A model generated the notes under the pieces. That model made no database searches and had not been told where the DNA came from. It saw only the letters and a list, made by a program, of their open reading frames with translations. Below are positions 50,501 to 64,000 of a stretch of DNA of 64,000 bases, in pieces. This DNA is from Choristocarpus tenellus KU-1152 (lineage: Eukaryota; Protista; Phaeophyceae). The stretch's first letter is position 1; every line of letters starts with the position of its first letter. The translations under genes were made by a program, and so were the position numbers. The stretch lies in the NCBI GenBank assembly GCA_964200185.2, contig CAXNAD020000002.1:1-64000 (forward strand), written 5' to 3'.

Positions 50501-53500
50501 ACTAGTGAGGAGCAATGTAAGATCAGAGTGTACTTACTTCTTAGTACATATTTGACTTGACGTTTTAACTTGGGGTGAACACATGAGGTCCAGTGACAGA
50601 AAAATTCCAGGATTTTTTGGGATGAATCTTACCCAGCAGCATATTCAAAATTCACTTGTACTGCAGAAGCTTCAACAAAGAACTTTTCTCGAGAATTTTC
50701 AAGCACATGGCATCAAAGTGAATCAGTAGCAAAATAATATCATTACTCAAGCCCACCATGATTACTAGCCACATGATATGTCTCATGGTGGTCATGGTCC
50801 CACAAGCAGTGAGTGCTGGTAGTGTGAACAATGTATATGGATGCACAAGATCTAATTTTTTCAATCCATCTGAGAGGTATCTGGCAACTATATATGGAAA
50901 GGTCCAACTGAGAAACAATACATTGTCTACATGAGCACATCAAATGCCCCACAAAAGGCATGATCCCTTGTGTGCAATCATTTGATTGTTATATAATCAT
51001 TATTTTAATACAACCACATCTGGGATTCGAGGCATTTATCACTCCATGACCTATCGGAGGTATATCAGTGTCCATAATACAACAAAGGGTTTATTTGCAA
51101 CAATCAAGAACCACTCTCTCAACTCGGAACTCTAGATATCAAGATAGCACACAATCTGAATTATCGTATCGGTGACATAAGTCAACTCCTCCACTCTCAT
51201 AATTATGTGGTCCTTGATAGGCATGGTTTCCATGACCGAGATTAAATTTACATATCCATTCAATATTCACTCAATTGACCCAAACAATGTACCCCCTTGA
51301 TCTGAACAGCTTTTGCAAAACCCTGTGATGTGTTACTACACCATAATATACTGGACTATAATACACTATTTTGTTACATCATTAATATAGTATTCATGAT
51401 AGGAAAGCTACTGCACAAGATCAAAGGAACCAACAAACAAAAAACTGCAGTTGCACATCAACATCTATTAAAAAGGTGAACACCTCATGTGACTGTTGAC
51501 CTTTTTATTTACAGGAAATATAAGGTGATCCCTAGTCTGTAGGGATCAAGCCAGTTCTGTTGTGTGTATGCTTCTATGTTGTAGTTGGGATGGTGATCTT
51601 GCCATTAATTGTGCTGCAAGTTGATCACATGGAATATCATCAAGTTAGGGGAGCCCATGATGGTGTGGATTGTAGGTAATGTATTGGGTCCTCTCAGGCT
51701 TGTTCCAATCATCGTTCTCACCCCTAACCCTAACCAGTGGGAGGTATAAGAAAGAACTGTTCAGCCCATTCTTTCAGATTCACTTAGATACTTGCATTGA
51801 GGAATTTAAACACACATCACATCAACAACAGAAAGGACTTTGTTCAAGAATAGTGTCAACTCAACTCAGTAGTCACAATGTCACCTTCAACAAACAAACC
51901 AATGATGTGGTCTTCCTCTCTATATTCTTGTCCCCAACACACAAGGCAAAATTAGTTGGTTGCATTTGATCATATCTGGTGTCAGATCACACACTCACCA
52001 AATGTTATGAAGAGGGGAAAAAAGAGGTGTTTGCTGATCAAATTTCAAGCCAAATGTGGTTCTCATTATTGATACAAGCATTTACTCTAATATATGCATT
52101 GGGTTTCTATTTTGAGTAAGTAAAATCAGGCTGTTGAACATGCCCAGATGCCGTGTACCTTAAAAAAAAGAAAATTGTCGACAGCCAAATCATCAGATAC
52201 TTGACTTGTTTTCTTGTGAACAATTTGGACTCACAGCAACAATCTACTACTCTATTTGGAGTGTGAGCTATCCATGGCTCCATTATCCAATTGTTGCAGG
52301 GTACTGATATTTGTTGGAAATGAGACATTGCTGCAAACCAAGTATAGTCTGATATCATCTTCATCAACTGGTAAGGGAGTCTGAGGTTTACCACTAATGC
52401 TGCATGCTAGACCCAACATACTGTTGACAGTTACTTTCAGTCATGATTGTACTATAGTGCTGACTACGCAGCAACCTTGATATTGTAGATGCAGAAAGAT
52501 TTTAACAATTTTGGTGTTGACTGGAAGGATGGTTTTATTTTCTTATCATACTATTGCCTGTATTTATTGAACATAGCAAGATAAAATTTGGTTTTAACAT
52601 ATTAGACATGAAACCCCTCCAATGTTGGGGGACACGCAAATGACAGTATTGAAGAACCTACCCCCCTCCCAAGAGTGTTGACTGCTTGCTGTTGGCACTT
52701 TTTTGGGGGGGGGAAAGGAACACAGGACTTCCTTGTATCAATGCTCATGATACTCAATGCTGTACTGATGTCAATTTACTAATGTGAAAAAATCTGGGTT
52801 TGGTATTATACTACAAAATGTTCAGCTCACTCTGTGATGTGTAAATGCATTCCAATTTTACTTGAGGTGTTGAGGTGTGAGATACATCTGTATGCAAGCG
52901 CACAAATATTTGGTCAGACTACTCCTCCCCACCCCCCTTGCCAGAGGTCCAAATGGCACTTTGATGACATAAGCACTTCACATCAATTCATATGCCTGCT
53001 TGTGTATTTTGGAGCAAGTGGATTTACACCAAAATTGAATCCAACGCCTCATGATTGTGTCTGAAGGTGAACTTTAACTTGGGGCATATGCTCCCAGACA
53101 ACACAATATTCACAGCAAACCCACCCCTGACATATTAAAAAAATCAAAAGATTGGCGGTGTCATACACTTGTTCCAAGCTATCATTGGAAAGCTCCAACT
53201 CACCAACACAAGATGATAGAAATCAAAATATACTCTGGTCCGTTTCCTTTGAATTTATTCTGACTGAAGCAATCTATTGTTGCTAGGAATTCATGTGGCT
53301 AACAATCACTTGGAAGATAAATTTGAGTCCAAATTCATATCAACCTAGCCAAAACACAGGTCCACTTTTTTTTACAACTTTAAATTCCAAAAATTGACAC
53401 AAAACACACACACACACACAAAAAGTGGTTGTAGTCAATTTTAGAGGTTACTGGAGGGTCATTTTTTAGATTCAATGATGGGAAACTAGTCTATCAATTT

Positions 53501-56376
53501 CACAGTTGAATCGAATTTTTGATAGATAAAACTGACCGTAAGATAACATGTCTTTTTTTATTTACAAAGAAATTTATTTTTCTCAAGAAAATGAGGTCAC
53601 TGTGACTGACCCCTCTGAGCCGTTCTGGGTCGCTCAATAGTGATCTGAAGTAGCACCAATTGTCACACGAGGGCTTGATGCACTCTGCATGGTCCAGTGT
53701 GTACATCCTTAGAGCTGTGGTCCATTCATTAGAATATGGTCAACTACTACTGTTCATATATGTCAATTTATCTCTGGAGATAGGTGATGTTATTCAAATT
53801 CACCAAAGTATCGCAAGGGGCTCGGGACAAGCCTTGAGCATGTACCAAGTGGAATAGGCGTGGGGATTCATTGCTTATGCATCCTCCAATTGTCAAATTT
53901 AAACATGTTGGAGTACAATACTTCTGAATAATGTGCATGAACCAGGTTCAGGTTGTAGACCCCTCCATATTTCATCCTCTCAAAGAATTGTATTTCAGGA
54001 TAAGAGGCGATTGGTTGTTATACAGTGTCCCCAGTCAATTTTTGATCGGAGTCTCTATAAAAAGGAAGGTGGGGACCAATGTGCATCATTTCCTCTCCTT
54101 CAGAAGGAGATACATGCCATTAAGAAGTGGATCCAAAGAGTCCTTCTCTGTCAGACAGGGTTTTACATATAAACCACAGCCCACATTTTCCGTTTGGAGG
54201 GAGGAGCATAAAAAAACAAGGTGCAGCAGTCATAACCAAGACTGTCCATCTACATCAATCACTGTCCCCACTCAAAATTATTCTGAACATATTCATTGTG
54301 TTTTGACCACTCGCACTAACTTGCTGTTGCAAAGGATAATTTTTTTTTTGACAATATGCATTTGGTTTTGACTTCAGAATACCATATATCTTCAGGAACT
54401 GACTTGTCTTCTCTCCAATCCAGTCCAGTCCCATCTGCTTTGCATGTCAGATATGTTCCTGATCCTTCAAGTTGCCATGTATAATAAATATGGGCATGTA
54501 TAACCCTGATTAATGGTTCATCTCTGCCTCTGGCTGATTTATTTTCCCTACACATAACCTTGCACTCCACAATATAATGGAAAGCAAACCAAAAGGTCAA
54601 GATTCCTCTCCTCGTACTTTCGCTCTAACAAGGAATTGCTTGCCAATGAGAATAAGGTATTCAAAGCATCATCACATATTAAATCTGAGATCTTAACCAG
54701 CTAATCGAATATGAAATTTGAGGACTTCTCTCTTTTCCTGTATTCCATCTATACCAAATTGCATTGCATCAGTGATTTTTTGCAGTTGATTCAAGCTCAA
54801 GAGCAGTATTATGGTAGCACAGACTCAGTCAAGATAACAGTGTGTTATGATCGACCAAAAGAGAGGAATAATGCTGTCAATCAGTGCAGCTACATGACTA
54901 GTCATGACTGACATTCCTACTATACGTAATTCGATAAAATGAGGTCTGAGGGAGGAGTCAAGGAGCAGCAATGAGCAACCACAAAGGAGAATTCTAACTT
55001 ATTTATTGTTGTTCCTCATCTAAGAGAGGATGACCCAGCTTTGAGATCAGCCATGAAATTTAGTCAACATTGCCTCTACTTTGAGATTAACCATGAAATT
55101 TAGTCAACATTGCCTCTACTTTGAAGGAACTATGAAATATTATTCCAAGCATTTGTTTAACTACATAAACAAGGGAAGACGTCCAGTAGTACATCATGCT
55201 AGCCTTCTAGCTTGAATTAGTTGATGCATGACAAAAGGGGACAAGGGCCCACCCATACATAGTATTATTACAACATTGTGGGTTTAATTGTGATCACCAG
55301 GGGCTTGATGAAGTTGTAACACAGAAGATGCTCGAAAAACCAATTTTCACAGTCTCAGGGGTGCACAAAGCAGCATCAACTACCTATTCAACTAGTGTGG
55401 GATCATAGATGTTTTTCAAGCAGTAACAAACACCAGAAGGAACAAAGCCAATGATCACCAATCAGACTGCAACACAAAAAGGCATTGGTTACAGCAAGCA
55501 ATCTCAAGATCTCTTTGTACACTATATGATCTATTTTCTGTTGTACCTTAGTGGTTCAATTAGTAGCACACTTGGTGGTGTGTGATCAACCCTTGAAAGG
55601 AATGCTGAGCACTCATGGTGGTGTTGCCATGTTTCGCTTGTGTTGTGGGTAATCAAATCGCGAGGTCCTCTAGACCCCCGCACTCCCAAAACACCTCAAA
55701 AGTACTGCATCTGTACACTTGTTCTGAGCACTTACCTGTGCAGCCACAAATGTTGTCATGGAAGAAGCTATTTCCGGATACCTTTTTTGTATGGTCATCA
55801 AAATGTGTCTCACAACCTCAATATCCCTCTCAATCTGTGCTTACGAGACATCAACACGACAGGAAGAAATACCGATGTATGCAACAAGACATTGGGGGAT
55901 AAGAAGTGTCAACTCATCTTTGATTTTGGAATTTCAAACTTTATAACAGAGTTATACAATATAGCCTTTGAAACCAAAACAAATGTAGAAATGTGGACCA
56001 TGTCCAACATGGAAATGGGTACATCATATGTAAAGGGATCACAAACTAGACACCAACACAGAAACGTTCAATATAGGAAGGAGAGTTTAGAGGGGTTGGA
56101 TACGAAGGTTCAAGTTGACAGATCACTGTTTCGGTTTTGAATCAGATAAGGATGTCAAACAGAGAAGGATGTCAAACAATCATGTTTTGGACACTGCTTC
56201 TCTTAGCCCAAAATAGCTGGGGATGCATCTATACCTGGTCAATTATGCTTTGGAACCGAGGGTTTTCTGTGAGGAACTCATGGAGTACTGCAAGTGATTC
56301 CTCCCGGGCTGTTAGGAACCCTGCAGCAATGTCATAACCCAGTCGAAGCTGGGGATACACTAGTCGGCGCTTGATC
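47544..56376 (-). CDS. SOS1/NHX7- or SLC9C-like Na+/H+ exchanger, cytosolic region with cyclic-nucleotide-binding domain (partial model; gene probably extends further both ways)
   Basis: Phase-consistent exons 56376-56235 (LRLGYDIAAGFLTAREE), 55834-55736 (IQKRYPEIASSMTTFVAAQ), 49812-49645 (TVLNKQHKTISYLYHEGMLDKQEAEKMLAAVETQMKHLIFDPP), 49442-49284 (VYVLARGTVKV), 48820-48635 (LGIGSFFGEVSWAL; GC donor), 47943-47771 and 47631-47544. These match the SOS1-type helical domain followed by a cNMP-binding fold. No transmembrane exons were identified in the window. Confidence 0.8.
55039..55124. repeat. 40-bp tandem duplication (two copies plus partial)
   Basis: CTTTGAGATCAGCCATGAAATTTAGTCAACATTGCCTCTA is followed by a copy with 2 mismatches. 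Confidence 0.9.
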
Positions 56377-59300
56377 CTGAAAATTGACAAAGGAGTCCAA
56401 TGGTTTGGTACTATGCAATAAGAGTTTGTGATAAAGTGTCTGTCAGCAATAGGTGGGTTGTACTGCAGGTATATGACATACCAATACAACATACACACAG
56501 ACAAAGGCTTCTGGACTATTGAATGAGGTCAAGGGCTGGGTTGCGTCAATACTTCCAAAGCACACCAACCTCCTCTACAGCAAGCATTTTCATATTGTTT
56601 AAAGGGCAACATATTCATTTAATTACTTGACAAGATAATCAAAATGATTGGAGATGGAGGGGCACATTATGTTGGTGAAAATAGTCCAAAATACTCTAGA
56701 GAAATATATAAATAACAACTGCGTAACACCTGTACACCCATCACTTGATGGCCTTTGATAGATAGCCTTGATAGGCCTGCACTGTCCCAGTTACATTATT
56801 ACAACATCCCGTATTAGAGTCAGTTACTGCTTTATTGTGAAGGCACTTTGAATTGAAACTAAAATACTAAGAAATGTTTCGAGTCAGTTGGATCACTCCA
56901 CCACTTACATATTGTTGAGTACTATTTAGTAACACAAATTTCTACATATTGCTTTGTAGCATCAGCAGCACCCTCTGCAGCACTCTTCATTTTCACAGTA
57001 GTGATCTGTAGTGCCCAGGTTGTCACCACCTCATCACAATTTTTGCAGGCTTGCACTATGTGTGCTCCACAAATACATGAAAATGTTAGACCAAGGGCAT
57101 CTCGTGGATTTTTTTACCCTTCCCAAATGCATGAGATTTCTAATAATATATTTGATAAGAAGGGGGCTAGGTACACGATAATATGGAAAATATGGAGGAA
57201 CCGTTATTGGTTACTTCAGTTTAGTTTTGACGTTCTCAGGTTTAGACATCAATATGATGACACTATCAACCATGCCAACATACACTGTAACTGGAAGAAG
57301 TTCAACGATACAAGGGGATGCTTGGCTGGCCCACAGGTCAGTCTCCTTCCCATCAATGGGACACACATTGCTGCTTGAGTGATTAACACACAGTAACACC
57401 TGAAGGGTCTGAAGCATGACCTGATGAAATGCAAGGGATGATTGCAGGATCTTTGGCTAAAGGAAATATCAGCCTATAGAGAGTGTCAAGGATGATGCAG
57501 GTTGTGGCAAGGATTTCACTGACACTTGCAGGGCAAAGTTATCCAATTGGATACTGTGGTGGTGAAAGACAATTGACACGTGTTGTGTAGCCTCCTCATG
57601 TAGGCATTGGTGGGGGGTGTACTGTACTGTTGCAAACCTCTTTGGTTGACCGAGGACACTGCTGTCACAAGGACCTCTACATTCTACATTGGGTAACAGC
57701 GTAGTTTGTACCCTTCTAGGGGTTGGTGTAAGAACTTCAGTTAATATGGGAAACCCCAGTGATGCAAATCAGCCAGCAGGGAGATCAATGTGGGCATTTG
57801 CATCATCTTTGGGGAATAAAAGTCACCTTAGTAGTGGTCACAGAATAATAATACCACTTCTGACCAGTAGGTGTTGCTTTCACTATGTGATGACCATGTT
57901 TCTATTTCCATCACAGGCCAAACAGTTCCCAGTGGGTTGCCTCAGCACCCTATGTCTCAAATTTGATTCTGATCACATCAAAAAGTAAACCCATTGCATT
58001 ACTCGCAAGTGAGTCGCATCGCATCAGAGAGGTTCACTGGACAAGTCACATGGAGGCAGTTTGCAGAGCTCTCTCTGTAAGTAAAGTAGACTACCCTCTC
58101 CTAATGTTGTACTATGAAGTATGCTGGAATATAGTGTTGGTTATACTTTGAAGTACAAATTTTGTTGGGTAGCATAGTTAATGGGCTTAATTTTTTGTTG
58201 CAAGAAATTCAAATTTGATCCCTCAATGAAAGGAAGAGGAAATTTCTGTTAGAAAAATGCAATTACCAAGTATTGTCGATTTTCTGCCTCTGCAGTCTCT
58301 AGCATACTGTTTGTAAGGAGGGAGTAATGTTTGTAAGGAGACACTATTGTACCCTCAGGTTGCACTTGCACGCAATTTGCATTGGACAAATTAATTTTGT
58401 GAACATTTTCGTAAACTGACTACTGACAAAGTGAGAAAGAGCCTGGGAACCTCTTCCCTGTTCTCCGTGAATTACAAATCAAGCACAGTGACAAAATGCT
58501 CACTATTTTATTACAGGCACTGGGTAGTCAGGGAAAGGACCACCTGCAAATGCCATAGGGAAGTAGAGTCGGGTTAGATTGATGGAAACAGCAGCAAGAG
58601 TGAGGTGGAACCAGGTCTTATAGACAAGGGCAAGAAAACCACCAAGAGCAGGGGGATAATGAGAGCAGTTGGGACTGGGGGGCATATACCTGATCAAGAG
58701 AGCTAGAGGTGAAAGGGAGTTCTGCTGTGCTTGATGTTTGATGATGCCCACCTTAATCGGTATTTACCTGAGAATCCCTGTTGGTATAGGCCACAACAGT
58801 ATTGAGTGGTCACCTAGTTGCAATTTGGTTGACAAATGCATTGTATTCCCCCCAATAAATTAACCTTAGCCGGTCACCATCCCACCTCCACCCTGCCTCA
58901 CAAGATAATACAGAGTATCTCATCAGTGAGAAGATCCTTAGCAACAGACTAAACAAGTACTCCGCAGTAAATAGTACTTTTATTTTATATGTACTTTTAT
59001 TGAGAGTTTACACACTTTTATTAAGTTTATCCCTCCATGTTTGTTTTTTGATAAATGAGCACGAAATATATCATGAACCCATTGTTCTTGAAATGACCTT
59101 GCACAGTCTTCCACTATATATTTATTCCAATTTATTTGTAAATAGAAAATAGAAAATGTCGGTCATTAAATAAGTAGCACCCTTCAACCATCAATCTCTA
59201 ATAAATATTTTGATATTTAAATTTCTGCTGATGTCAAGTTGCTAACACACAAACTACCCATCAAATAGTACTTTTTGATATTAAGTAAGATTTAACCATG

Positions 59301-60997
59301 GGGTTTGGGTCAAGTGAAATACAATAATGTGCTGTGCTGATTTGTCTATGCTCATCAGGAACCGAATCATAGAGTAGACTGCACAAATGCCCTATGGTTA
59401 GTACGGCACTACATTTTGTAGTCAAGGTAATATGTTGGGAACAGATAATCCCTGGTTGCCTCAGGGCACAACAGTCAACTTCAGGCCCTCAATGCACCAT
59501 CATAGAACTTGGAGTTCAAGCACAGCACTAAAAGAAGTTGACATGTCTTTCTTTGTCAATGAACACCTTGAGGCAACGCTGTTGTGGATGCTTGGTGCTT
59601 GACCTACAACGAAAGTGCTCTATTCTTCCTCACATTTTGTTAAGTGACTGTCTTCTATGCGTAGTGAATGTGAATATAGAGACAGGAAGTATGTTCATTT
59701 CTTGTGGTCAGGACGGAATTCAGGACCCATGTAAGCTCACTCGCATGGAGGATCTGTTCCTTAAAAACGATTCATGGTTTCCAAACTTTCACATTGAGTA
59801 CTTCACAACAGGGATGGCAACAAAAAGAACATACAGTCATTATTTCAAATATGGGGTTTCACTTGCATCGCATGCTGAAAATAGGACTAGCTTCCACCAG
59901 AGTGGCAATGTTGACTTGTCCAATTTTATATCTCACACAAAGTGTGAGGGAAAAAATGGGTGGATCAGGGTCTTGAATCTGGGATGTCCACATAATATCT
60001 CAGGGTTGTCACCTCTGATCAAGGAGAGTCATATAGCAATTGAAATGAGTTAGTTATTTTCTGTCTCTACATCCACACTGCATGTACTAGATGTACCACA
60101 AAAAGTGAAAAATACACAATTACACTATTTCTTTTAGACACTCACAACCTGGCACAGTTTAAAACATATCCTGGACGGCTGTAATGGCTTCACTGATATT
60201 GTCAAAGCTGAGCAAAGCAATTCACTGGCACAGTCTACACCAAGGAGGATGATGCTGGGAAAGTACCCATTCAGGCAGGGCAGGTGCAATGAATGCCACG
60301 CTGCCTTCCCGTACAATTTGTCCTTAGAAACACTCACTCAATGCAACCCGCCTCTACATCACTCACAGGTCAAAAGCAATTATAATTGTGGGTGATGAGC
60401 ACCCCAGTTTAATTGACACACACCTTAAAAACAAAAAACCTCTCATTGTTTTTGTAGTCAAGGTGCCAAATATTGTACTTGGAATAAAAAGCTCCTGCCC
60501 AACCATGTACTGTTGAAATAATTAAGTTACTGTTTATGCACAGTGATAAACACATGATGAAAAATATTCAACCGTATACTTTGGATCAAGCTACACAGCT
60601 TACTGGATGAGGAGAAGCACACTGTAAAACATTGGACTGGACTCATCCTAAAGACACCTAAAATGAATGTCCCGCTCTGGACCTTCACTCGCTGGGGTTG
60701 CAATTTGACTCATGGTGGTTGGTAAGTTGCAACATCAGCAATCTTTGTTTGAGAAAGCTGCAGGTATTTTTTAAGCTTCAATTCAATGATTAAAGTAAAT
60801 AGTAAAATTACAGTTCTATCCACGTACTACAGGATTATAATAGCATGGGATAAGCATCGATGCATTTCTATTTTGATGGAGAGCAGGGTGTATGCCAAAT
60901 GCTGAACTGGATGGGGGTATCTAAGCTTCTGAGGCAATGCTCTTATATACTGACAAACAGCATTCAGTCCCCCATAGAAATCTGTTGTGACTCTCAC

Positions 60998-61195
60998 CTG
61001 TCAACATGCTTTATCACCCATTGTCCCAAGGCTCCGCAGGGTGTTGCATCGATTTCATCTTTGTGGCCTACTGGGAGATCCTCATCTGAAATGGAAAATT
61101 CATCAGAGTCTCGGCCAGAGACCAATGGTAGACTAGTAGTGCTAATAAGCAAATTCCTTCCTAATCCCTGGCTTGAATCATCACTGGCAGGTTTT
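60998..61195 (-). CDS. Probable upstream low-complexity exon of the Na+/H+ exchanger gene
   Basis: Open frame KPASDDSSQGLGRN...GALGQWVIKHVDR bounded by a CAG acceptor and a GTGAGA donor, on the same strand as the exchanger. No conserved motif. Confidence 0.45.
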
Positions 61196-62387
61196 CTGCT
61201 TGATACAAATAAAAACACAACAGGTGCATGGGAAAATGTAAACTATATGTCAGAGAGTTCGCCACTGGAGGTCAGGACAGTGCTTGGATAGAGTGGATTA
61301 TTCTGACCTACAGCAGTAGTTCAAAGTATAACTATCAACTTACATGAGAGCGCTGTCCACCTTTCTCTATCTTGGAGCACCACAACCTACAGATAGACCT
61401 GGCAATTTGCTGCACCTCACTTTGGAATGAATGAGGTGAGACACCCAAACACAGGGGAATGCTGTTGACTGCATTATGGTGTGCACTTCCTTCTTGCTTG
61501 TGCAATGAGCTGCAGTCAATAGCTCCATGCAGCAGATGTATGACTATACTGAAGCTTACACACTAAAAAATCTCAGGACAACCTATTAATACAAGTTTTC
61601 TTTTCTTTCATTTTTTTATGAGACTTTTGAGTCCTATGGTGTAAGTTCTAGTCATGACAGGGTATTCAACAGAGAGACCCAGAGTTACCAGGCAAAGTTG
61701 CTGCTCGGTTTGTAGAGTTAGTTTAGCATGTGCTTCGAATGAAAAATTACAGGGAATAGCTGTCCTTTCTGACAAGATCTGCAACTCTGGCATGCCCCTG
61801 GATTCCTTTTCCCCCTCCGAGCAGGTATGGAATTGCTTCCTATTTAGCTGTTGACTATAAATCTTCTCAACACCAAGGACACTTCAACCTTCTACATTGA
61901 TACTGAGGAATGCATATGGCCCACGTAGCCATTGCATAGAGATGGAAAGTACAATTACAAAGTGCATAATGGTGCTTTTTTCATCGAGGTGCACTCAAAA
62001 AGCACACTAGACTGGAAAGATCTTTGTAGAGGATTGCATAGCAACATAATCTGGAACAAGTAATATCTAGAGACGTTTATTACTATCAGCTAGGAAAGTT
62101 ACTGTAGGAGTGGAATACCTGGTGTGTTTTCTACAGTGTCAATGCTTACCTTACATTATCTGAACATTTGGGGCTTAGGACTTGTGTGGTAGTACTGCGA
62201 GTACCCGCTGCTCTCAATATACCTAGAGTCTTGATCTTCACAGCAAGGCCTGGGACAGATGGAGTCTTTGAGAAATAGAAAGGAGGGGCTTGTGTCAGTA
62301 TGCTCTAGAAAGCTCAAATACTGTGTTGGATATACCACTGCTTGATAAAAAAAGAATCAGTATCTTATTACACCCTCCTTCACACTA

Positions 62388-62418
<31 letters not shown>
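62388..62418. repeat. (TATG)n microsatellite
   Basis: Run of about seven TATG units. Confidence 0.9.
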
Positions 62419-62650
62419 TATATTTGGTTGTCACAGGTACAGATAGAAAGCATGTGAAGGATAAGGTGTACATAAACATTTCTGTCTTGATTGACAATTG
62501 CCAACTACAATACTAAAATTGTACATAAAAATAAAGTATGCTGAAAGCATTAAAATGATCAATACTACCTAAGATTCCTGTAACTTCTTGTATGTGTAGT
62601 TTGACTTGGACCATGGACCACATCCAGAGCCTCTATATATATACACATAT

Positions 62651-62954
62651 TGTCAAATATTGAGATACCACTGTTCCTCTGGGGCAGACAGTTGCGTCAC
62701 TATCTTCCCTGGTGAAACAGTGGAAGAGTATTTTTAAATTGACAAAATCAGAGGTTGGGTACTATCCAGCATAGTCCATGGACCATCATCCCCACTAATC
62801 ACACACTTGCCCTAAGAAAATCATCTCAATATTTGTATCTTCCCTTGAACCCGTTCCTGGACCCCTCTCTCACCCCCTCTTTATTTTCCCACTGTTGGGA
62901 GGGAGCCCTAAAAGCAGTCCAACCAATGGAACAGTGATATCTCAATATTTGACA
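62651..62954. mobile_element. Foldback/MITE family B, internally deleted copy with 27-bp TIRs
   Basis: TGTCAAATATTGAGATACCACTGTTCC (62651-62677) versus GGAACAGTGATATCTCAATATTTGACA (62928-62954), a 26/27 inverted match. The interior has TTGACAAAATCAGAGG, shared with the 45.2 kb copy. Confidence 0.8.
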
Positions 62955-64000
62955 TGTAGTAGTACACAAATTGAATGATCAGAGCTTGCAATATATTGTA
63001 CAGTTTAGGAGCTCAGTGCTAGTATATTTGTAGTAAGAAGAGCTTCGAGATGGGAATCACTAATCTTGCTGTTCCTGACCAGGTGGTGATACTAAAATAG
63101 TTTTCCAGGGTATTTGATAGAAACTTGACTAAATAATTTTGCTATTTTTGCCCTACAGGCGATGATACAGTGAACATATGTTATGCAGGGTATGTATAAG
63201 TGTTCAGGTAATTGTCAGTACATAGTTATCTGCCATTCATTCCAAGAAGAGCAAACACCACCTCTAACTATACTACATGATGTGATCTATTTTAAATCAT
63301 GTCACAATAAACAAGTGCAGTAGATCCAACATTATCCAAAGGTGACGTTTCTTAGTGATAACCTTTATTTTTTTGAGTGACCTAGATCGACTACAGAGAC
63401 ACTCCAGAGGATTGAAATAATATTATCTTTGAAAAACCTAGATGCTACAATATCGTTCTTCAGACAGACCATCACACAATGGAAAGAGGTAATTTCACAC
63501 AAAATAAAATGTAGCAGTGGCAGTAGAGCCATCAACTCTGTGAGGTACCTACGCTGAATTGTTTTTTTTTCTTTGGTTAGCATTTCCAACAATTTTGTGT
63601 GAAGTGTTATCTCTAGAACTTCAATTTGATCTGCCATCCCAAGCTTATCTGGTACCATAGTAATGAAAATGTAGGGATTTTCATGGACTGTATAAAAATG
63701 ATAATTACACTTGGAATATTTTTCCACATTGGTCAACCTTGCCCAATGTGAGGTCAAACATCTAGCCTCACACTCAAATAATTTAAGCGGGAGTCAATCT
63801 TCACTATCAAGTTTACAAATACTGGTACAGTAGCACTAATTTTACACTTAGCTCATAATTGTTCTTCAAACTGCATGTTGACTTGCATTTTCTGCAGATT
63901 GGAGGTAGGGTACATATGGAAGTAAGCCTCTACACAATCAAACTCATACAGTGATCTTGTCTGCGTTTTTTATTTTGGTCAAAAATCTTTTTCAAAGTAC

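Noticed and set aside
58960-59290. AT-rich patch as a third bacterial insertion
   Set aside because: The frames I translated gave no protein motif, and it looks non-coding.
59538-60053. 171-aa plus-strand ORF (likewise 55640-56140 and 53931-54371)
   Set aside because: No recognisable domain. They lie antisense within the exchanger gene span and are probably spurious.
1-64000. Prokaryotic operon, defence system, tRNA or rRNA genes
   Set aside because: All intact genes are spliceosomal-intron genes, the bacterial material is limited to short broken fragments, and no tRNA or rRNA was recognised by eye.

Overview
Intron-rich eukaryotic nuclear DNA, most likely a stramenopile alga (inferred from protein style, not proven). 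I reconstructed seven spliced host genes by hand from splice sites and reading-frame continuity: an equilibrative nucleoside transporter (+), a 15-exon glutamate-dehydrogenase-like gene (-), a 7-exon RNase III-domain gene (-), an SRRM1-like PWI/RS protein (+), an organellar phenylalanyl-tRNA synthetase (-), a TIP41-like protein (+), and the 3' part of a SOS1/SLC9-type Na+/H+ exchanger with a cyclic-nucleotide-binding domain (-). MITEs and decayed transposons fill the spaces between them. Main observations: (1) Two separate islands of AT-rich bacterial DNA lie in host sequence. One is a Rickettsiaceae-like recF fragment joined tail-to-tail to a RelE-type toxin plus antitoxin tail (about 26.45-27.0 kb). 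The other is a more decayed RNase D (rnd) fragment inside intron 4 of the host RNase III gene (about 17.25-17.47 kb). The toxin-antitoxin and rnd pieces are not in the ORF track. Together they suggest repeated endosymbiont-to-nucleus transfer. (2) The GDH gene is intact but has lost its three conserved substrate/catalytic lysines and the catalytic aspartate, so it is a probable pseudoenzyme. (3) The RNase III keeps its catalytic acidic residues but carries an unrecognised C-terminal region instead of a dsRBD. (4) Four of the 44 introns mapped need GC-AG splicing. (5) CpG is depleted except around gene starts. All gene models are manual and unverified by RNA data or database searches.
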